Part shown: positions 58,926-64,000 of the stretch, piece after piece
Layout of the letters: the number at the start of each line of letters is the position of its first letter
Position numbering within the stretch: the first letter of the stretch is position 1
Translations under genes and position numbers: made by a program
Origin: Candidatus Moraniibacteriota bacterium
GTDB taxonomy: Bacteria > Patescibacteriota > Minisyncoccia > Moranbacterales > UBA1568
Length of the DNA stretch: 64,000 nt
NCBI GenBank assembly: GCA_030648835.1
Contig: JAUSGT010000001.1
Location: 551 to 64,550 of the forward strand
Reading direction: 5' to 3'
Notes under the pieces: model-generated
The model's database searches: none
Told to the model about the DNA's origin: nothing
What the model saw: only the letters and a program-made list of their open reading frames with translations

Positions 58926-61043
58926 ATGCCGATATACAAGGTGCAGAAACGGAGCGGGGGAATCGTCGACTTCAATCTCTCAAAGATCGAGCAGGCTATC
59001 GAGAAGGCGGCCGAAGCAGTGGAAGAGAAGGACACTATCACGGCGCAGGTGTTGGCTGAGGACGTCTATCACCAGCTGGAAGAGCAGTTCGAGGATGGGA
59101 TACCGACCGTGGAAGAAGTGCAGGACATTGTCGAGAGCGTGCTGATTCAGTATGGCTATGCCGAAATCGCCAAGGCGTATATTTTGTATCGTGAGAAGCG
59201 TCGCGAGATGCGCGAGCAAAAGAATGTCGTTGTTCAGGTGGAGAAGGCGGTCAAAGAATATCTGGAAAAGCTCGACTGGAGGGTCAATGCCAATTCCAAC
59301 CAGGGCTACTCTCTGGGCGGGATGATTTTGAATACGGCCGGCAGCGTCATTGCGAACTACTGGTTGTCGCATATCTATCCGAAGAATGTCGGTGACGCGC
59401 ATCGGAATGCCGATATTCACATTCATGATCTGGATATGTTTTCCGGATATTGCGCCGGATGGAGTCTCCGGGCCCTTCTCGAAGAAGGTTTCAACGGGGT
59501 TCCAAACAAGATAGAATCCGCACCGCCGAAACATCTGGTCTCCGCCGTTTCGCAAATGGTAAATTTCCTTGGCACATTGCAAAATGAATGGGCGGGTGCG
59601 CAAGCGTTTTCCAGCTTCGATACGTACATGGCGCCGTTTGTGAAGAAGTACGAGATGGAACTCCGGGTCGATATCAAGAAATACGGTATGAAGTTCACGT
59701 CGAAAAAAGCCAAGGAGAAGTATGTGAAAGAAAAGACCTACGCGTATGTCTATCAGAACATCCAATCATTCGTATTCAACTTGAACATCCCTTCGCGTTG
59801 GGGGACGCAGACGCCGTTCACCAATATCACGCTCGACTGGGATTGCCCGGAAGATATGAAAGAGAAACGTCTCTTGCTCGGGGGCAAGCCGTTCGAATAT
59901 ACGTTCGGTGAGCTCCAACCGGAGATGGATATCGTCAATCGGGCGTTTATCGAAGTGATGTCGAAGGGTGATGCCAGAGGGAGAACTTTTACTTTTCCGA
60001 TCCCGACGTACAACGTGACCAAAGACTTTGATTGGGAGGACCCAAAAAATCTGGCGCTTTTCGAGATGACCGCCAAGTATGGGACGCCGTATTTCCAGAA
60101 CTTTATGAATTCCGATCTCAATCCGAGCGATGTGCGTTCGATGTGTTGCCGATTGCAGTTGGATTTGCGCGAATTGCGCAAGCGCGGTGGAGGACTCTTC
60201 GGTTCGGCGGAAATGACCGGATCCATCGGCGTGGTGACGATAAACGCGGCGCGTATCGGCTATTTGGCGAAGGGCGACAAAGAAAAATTCTTCAAGCGTA
60301 TTGAGCATCTTATGGAATTAGCCAAGACCTCGCTCGAGATCAAACGCAAAGAAGTCCAAAAATGGATCGATCGTGGACTTTTTCCCTATACCAAGCGCTA
60401 TCTCGGCTATTTGAAGAACCATTTTTCGACGATCGGTATCAATGGTATCAATGAGGCCATTCGCAATTTCACGAACGACGAGGAAAATATCACCACAGAG
60501 AAAGGACATAAATTTGCCGAGGAATTGCTCGATTTTATGCGTGAACGCATCAAAGATTTTCAGGAAGAGACGGGCAGTTTCTACAATCTGGAAGCCACAC
60601 CGGCCGAAGGGACGACGTATCGTTTTGCCAAAGAAGACAGAAACCGTTTCCCGGAAATTCTCCAGGCCGGTACCGTGGAGGCCCCGTACTATACAAACTC
60701 TTCGCAGGTCCCGGTCGGTTACACGGACGATGTGTTCGAAGTGTTGGAATTGCAAGACAGCCTGCAAACCAAATATACCGGTGGGACGGTTCTTCACTGT
60801 TATATGAACGAGAGAGTCAGTTCCGGACAAGCCTGCCGTAATTTGGTGCGGAGCATTCTTTCCAATTTCCGTTTGCCCTATATCACCATCACGCCAACTT
60901 TCTCGATTTGTCCGAAGCATGGATATCTTGAAGGAGAGTACGATTATTGTCCAAAGTGTGATCAGGAACTTGGTATTGAAGGCGGTACCCGGTTTGATAA
61001 GGAAGCGCGTAAGAAGTATCAGAGTGCCAGTGCCGAGAGATGA
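58926..61043 (+). CDS. nrdD: Anaerobic ribonucleoside-triphosphate reductase NrdD (ATP-cone, catalytic barrel and zinc ribbon), lacking the glycyl-radical loop
   Basis: 705 aa. N-terminal ATP-cone 'VQKRSGGIVDFNLSKIEQAI', class III RNR core, and C-terminal Cys4 ribbon 'CPKHG...CPKC'. There is no RVxGY motif before the stop. Confidence 0.8.
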   Translation: MPIYKVQKRSGGIVDFNLSKIEQAIEKAAEAVEEKDTITAQVLAEDVYHQLEEQFEDGIPTVEEVQDIVESVLIQYGYAEIAKAYILYREKRREMREQKNVVVQVEKAVKEYLEKLDWRVNANSNQGYSLGGMILNTAGSVIANYWLSHIYPKNVGDAHRNADIHIHDLDMFSGYCAGWSLRALLEEGFNGVPNKIESAPPKHLVSAVSQMVNFLGTLQNEWAGAQAFSSFDTYMAPFVKKYEMELRVDIKKYGMKFTSKKAKEKYVKEKTYAYVYQNIQSFVFNLNIPSRWGTQTPFTNITLDWDCPEDMKEKRLLLGGKPFEYTFGELQPEMDIVNRAFIEVMSKGDARGRTFTFPIPTYNVTKDFDWEDPKNLALFEMTAKYGTPYFQNFMNSDLNPSDVRSMCCRLQLDLRELRKRGGGLFGSAEMTGSIGVVTINAARIGYLAKGDKEKFFKRIEHLMELAKTSLEIKRKEVQKWIDRGLFPYTKRYLGYLKNHFSTIGINGINEAIRNFTNDEENITTEKGHKFAEELLDFMRERIKDFQEETGSFYNLEATPAEGTTYRFAKEDRNRFPEILQAGTVEAPYYTNSSQVPVGYTDDVFEVLELQDSLQTKYTGGTVLHCYMNERVSSGQACRNLVRSILSNFRLPYITITPTFSICPKHGYLEGEYDYCPKCDQELGIEGGTRFDKEARKKYQSASAER

Positions 61044-61077
61044 AAACAAAAATAATTAATCATATAAAAGTAACATT

Positions 61078-61290
61078 ATGACCAAAGGTAAGAAGGGCCG
61101 GACAGCAGAGATAGAATCACAACGCACACACTGTGAAGTATGGACGCGCGTGATGGGGTATCATCGTCCGGTTTCTCATTTTAATATCGGTAAAAAGTCT
61201 GAGCACTATTCGCGCAAGCACTTTCAGGAGACGGTGGCTGCCAATCACGAATTTTGCGAGAAGTATCAGCTTCAGTCGCAAGCTTGTTAG
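61078..61290 (+). CDS. Stand-alone NrdD glycyl-radical domain (C-terminal fragment of class III RNR)
   Basis: 70 aa: 'HCEVWTRVMGYHRPVSHFNIGKKSEHYSRKHF' is the NrdD glycyl-radical signature RVxGY...N.GK..E. It is in a different frame from the upstream nrdD. No single indel can join the two ORFs. Confidence 0.55.
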   Translation: MTKGKKGRTAEIESQRTHCEVWTRVMGYHRPVSHFNIGKKSEHYSRKHFQETVAANHEFCEKYQLQSQAC

Positions 61291-61460
61291 CCATGGTACA
61301 GAGAAAATCTTTCGCCGCAAGAATCTTCCCGGGAGAGTTGAAGTTTTTTTGAGCATGGTGCTGCCGTTTCGGCAGATCAAAAAAAGTTCATAAGTGGAGT
61401 TCGTCGCTGGATGAACGGAACGGCTCCCGAGGAGGTTGCTTGCGGTCGGAAGATGAATAG

Positions 61461-62204
61461 ATGGAAGAGGGAGAAGAGTTTCTTGTTTTGAAAGATATGA
61501 TTTTGAGCGGCATCCAAAAATTCACTCTGATTGATTTTCCCGGCAAAATAGCCTGTGTGCTCTTCACCGGTGGTTGCAATTACCGGTGTGGTTTCTGCCA
61601 CAATCCGGAGTTTGTTCTGCCGGAAGAATTGGCCAAGCTCTCCAAAAGTTTCATTCCGGAAGTGGCGGCGCTCAATTTTCTGAAGAGACGGAGGGGGATG
61701 CTTGAGGGAGTGGTGATCTCCGGTGGTGAGCCGACCATTATGCCCGACCTGGAAAGCTTCATCGTGAAAGTGCGGGATCTGGGATTTGCCGTGAAGCTTG
61801 ATTCCAACGGTAATCGTCCGGAAGTGCTGCGCTCACTGATTGAAAAAAAGTTGGTGGACTATATCGCGATGGATTTCAAAACGAGTCTGCCGGAATATCA
61901 ATCGCTTGTTGGCAAATGGGCGGATGAGAAGAAGTTGCAAGAGAGCATCAACCTTCTGAAACAAGGGGATGTCGATTATGAATTCCGTACGACGCTCGTC
62001 CGTGAAGTGCATACGCCGGAGATTCTCGAGGCTATGAGCAAAACGTTGGTGGGATCCAAACGTCTTTATTTGCAAACCTTTCGGCCTGGCATCGTGCTTG
62101 ATCCTACTTTCAAGGATTATCATGCTTTTTCTTCGGAAGAGATGCAAGACATCGCAAAACTTTTTTCTGCCAGCGTGGAAGAAGTATCTCTTCGTGAGGA
62201 ATGA
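61461..62204 (+). CDS. nrdG: Anaerobic ribonucleotide reductase activating protein (radical SAM)
   Basis: 'FTGGCNYRCGFCHNPE' CxxxCxxC radical-SAM motif. 247 aa. Located adjacent to nrdD. Confidence 0.85.
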   Translation: MEEGEEFLVLKDMILSGIQKFTLIDFPGKIACVLFTGGCNYRCGFCHNPEFVLPEELAKLSKSFIPEVAALNFLKRRRGMLEGVVISGGEPTIMPDLESFIVKVRDLGFAVKLDSNGNRPEVLRSLIEKKLVDYIAMDFKTSLPEYQSLVGKWADEKKLQESINLLKQGDVDYEFRTTLVREVHTPEILEAMSKTLVGSKRLYLQTFRPGIVLDPTFKDYHAFSSEEMQDIAKLFSASVEEVSLREE

Positions 62205-62221
62205 TATGCTAGAGTAGGGAC

Positions 62222-63025
62222 ATGGGGCGGAAACTTTTACTCATTCTTTTTGTGATAGTTGTCGTCTCGGGTGTGGCGATCCGCCGTTTTCCGACTGTTT
62301 TTTTGCACGGCGGAGAGGAAAAGCCTGTAAAATCCGGAGATATTGCCTCTCAAGAACCGAACACTCAACCGACAATTGTTTCTGAAAAAGAAGTATCAGC
62401 AGATCTGAAGGAGTCCGCCCAAGGCGGATCCGCCTTGGGCGGAAGCAGTCTGATAGAGAATGTGCCTTTTACGGTGCAGGCACCGTTTGGCGAGTGGGAT
62501 GTTGTGACATTTCAAGACGGTTGTGAGGAAGCAGCGCTGGTTATGGTCGCTCACTGGCTTTCCGGAAAACCATTGACCAGAGAAATAGCCAAGAAAGAAA
62601 TCATGGACCTTGCCGGCTTTGAAGACAAAAAATACGGACAATCGATCGATACTTCGGCGGAAGATACGCAAAAACTTTTGATGGAGTATTATGGTGTGAC
62701 TACTTCGGAACTGCGTACGGACATTTTAATGACCGATATACAAGAGACCTTGGCAATTGGCGCTATCGTAATTGTTCCGGCAGACGGGAGAAAACTTATG
62801 AACCCAAATTATAAGCAGCCTGGACCGACCACACATATGCTGGTGGTGATTGGGTATGACGCGGGGAAAAAAGAATTCATCGCCAATGACTCCGGAACGA
62901 GGAAAGGGCAGGGGTACCGGTATAAAGAAGATATCCTTTATGAAGCGATCCGCAATTATCCGACAGGTGACCATTTACCGATTCGAGGAATACATAAAGA
63001 TATGATTGTGGTCAGCAAGCCGTGA
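62222..63025 (+). CDS. Secreted papain-like (peptidase C39-like) domain protein
   Basis: 267 aa with an anchor. 'FQDGCEEAALVMV' (candidate catalytic Cys) and a distal His/Asp, as in the C39_2 family. Confidence 0.45.
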   Translation: MGRKLLLILFVIVVVSGVAIRRFPTVFLHGGEEKPVKSGDIASQEPNTQPTIVSEKEVSADLKESAQGGSALGGSSLIENVPFTVQAPFGEWDVVTFQDGCEEAALVMVAHWLSGKPLTREIAKKEIMDLAGFEDKKYGQSIDTSAEDTQKLLMEYYGVTTSELRTDILMTDIQETLAIGAIVIVPADGRKLMNPNYKQPGPTTHMLVVIGYDAGKKEFIANDSGTRKGQGYRYKEDILYEAIRNYPTGDHLPIRGIHKDMIVVSKP

Positions 63026-63075
63026 TACGCCGCACCTTATGATATAATAAACAGATAACGAGTAACGCTATTTAT

Positions 63076-63429
63076 ATGGGGCTATTTTCCTCAATGGCAA
63101 AAAAGCCAGCAGCGGCATCGATGAAGCCGATAGTCTCTCATCCGGAGCCACCCACTTTGAGCCATCAGGACAGACGGGCATCAAGCCAGCACGGCCATGG
63201 GCTAATTACCGAGCACGAACTTGGGGGAATAGCATACAAACTTCAGCATAAATTGGGAGAAAAAAGAGGGGGCGAGATAAAGGAGTTATTGGAAGAGAAT
63301 ATGCACGGAGGCGTTTTGAGGGAAATAAAAGTAGACAAAGTAATGCATGAATTGAAAAGAAATCACCACGATGACATTCGGCAGCGCGATATCGATAAAT
63401 TGGAAGACATAATTGATTCAAAATTGTAA
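63076..63429 (+). CDS. Hypothetical small protein
   Basis: 117 aa ORF, hydrophilic and His-rich. Not recognised. Confidence 0.3.
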   Translation: MGLFSSMAKKPAAASMKPIVSHPEPPTLSHQDRRASSQHGHGLITEHELGGIAYKLQHKLGEKRGGEIKELLEENMHGGVLREIKVDKVMHELKRNHHDDIRQRDIDKLEDIIDSKL

Positions 63430-63521
63430 CTTTTGTGATGTGGCTACCGTATCTGTCCCGTAGCTGAGTTTATGGAGTTATGGGAGAGAAAATCAATCTT
63501 GAACAAGGAATCGTCTGTACA

Positions 63522-64000
63522 ATGAAGAAGAGTCGGCGCGCGCGACGCGTACGCCTGGCGCTCTACCGTGACAGGAGGGTCGTACTGACACTTCCGTTTT
63601 TTGTTTCTTATAAGCGAGGGCAACAATTTTTGAAAAGCAAAGAAGAATGGATTCGTAGAACACTTCGAAAACTTACCTCGCGTCCGGAAAATATTTTGCG
63701 TCGAGGCAGCCGGAAGGAGTATCGGGATTCCCGAGAGCTAGCACGACAGCTTATAGAGGAAAGGCTGGCATATTTTCAGAAATTTTATGCCGTCATCTGG
63801 AAACGAGTGAGTATCCGCAACCAAAAAACGCGCTGGGGCAGCTGTTCACGAGCGGGGAGCCTTTCTTTCAATTATCGGCTTCTCTTATTGCCTCCGCATC
63901 TGCGGGATTATATTATTGTTCACGAATTGTGTCATCTCAAAGAGTTGAATCACTCACGGCGCTTCTGGGCGCTGGTCGTCCAGACTTTTCCTGATTACCT
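63522..64000 (+). CDS. YgjP-like (DUF45) metal-dependent hydrolase, 3' end truncated by the window
   Basis: 'YIIVHELCHLKELNHSRRFW' HExxH motif and the DUF45 pattern 'WGSCS..G.L.FN..L'. The ORF runs to the window end. Confidence 0.6.
   Translation, partial: MKKSRRARRVRLALYRDRRVVLTLPFFVSYKRGQQFLKSKEEWIRRTLRKLTSRPENILRRGSRKEYRDSRELARQLIEERLAYFQKFYAVIWKRVSIRNQKTRWGSCSRAGSLSFNYRLLLLPPHLRDYIIVHELCHLKELNHSRRFWALVVQTFPDY

Noticed and set aside
61041-61080. UGA recoding as an explanation for the nrdD split
   Set aside because: The downstream glycyl-radical ORF is in a different reading frame. Elsewhere TGA functions as a normal stop (for example the ATGA overlaps at 10936 and 25710). So stop-codon reassignment is not supported.

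Overview
This 64 kb window looks like a small-genome, surface-protein-rich bacterium, possibly of the CPR/Patescibacteria type; that lineage call is my inference from gene content, not a database hit. It opens inside an rRNA operon (the 3' end of 23S rRNA and a 5S rRNA). Nearly all genes are on the + strand.

Called features, in order:
- Cell envelope and mannose metabolism: FtsW/RodA, SecG, a family-5 ABC substrate-binding protein, PGI/PMI, ManC and ManB.
- RNA and translation: tRNA-Leu, RNase J with a long low-complexity N-terminal extension, TrpS, YchF.
- Cell wall: an alpha/beta hydrolase, MurF with an unusual transmembrane N-terminus, and Ddl.
- An accessory surface-protein cluster of about 14 kb (19.1-33.0 kb). 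It holds four large secreted multi-domain proteins (tandem Ig-like repeats, an RCC1 propeller, a TSP1 repeat) that all end in the same cysteine-rich C-terminal cassette (...KRYCDFNWKEVAP). I do not recognise this cassette as any described sorting signal. The cluster also holds paralogous small N-anchored proteins, a membrane-anchored partner gene duplicated and once fused in-frame, and a lone PilB/GspE ATPase. This is the most interesting part of the window.
- Stress and maintenance: RelA/SpoT, a Zur-like Fur regulator with a ZIP zinc transporter, groEL with a consensus promoter overlapping a CIRCE-like operator and no groES upstream, a PilX-like minor pilin, dprA-topA, and a tRNA cluster (Ala, Ile, Met, a second CAT tRNA, Asp, plus a decayed tRNA-Met copy).
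- Miscellaneous: PhoH2/YlaK, an MGMT-like alkyltransferase, a PEBP protein, an MFS transporter, rhodanese and a cold-shock protein.
- A copper-handling island: an HMA membrane protein with a cupredoxin tail, CopA, a DUF411-like protein, a CuA-motif cupredoxin, a Met-rich protein, DUF302 and SHOCT proteins. It is followed by an ECF sigma factor with a putative anti-sigma, and a PAS-fused sigma-like protein.
- Anaerobic ribonucleotide reduction: nrdD whose glycyl-radical domain sits on a separate downstream ORF, and nrdG.
- Several small repeat families: MITE-like inverted-repeat elements, a repeated intergenic motif with a conserved micro-ORF, and a 57 bp duplication of the topA 3' end.

I saw no CRISPR array, transposase or integrase.
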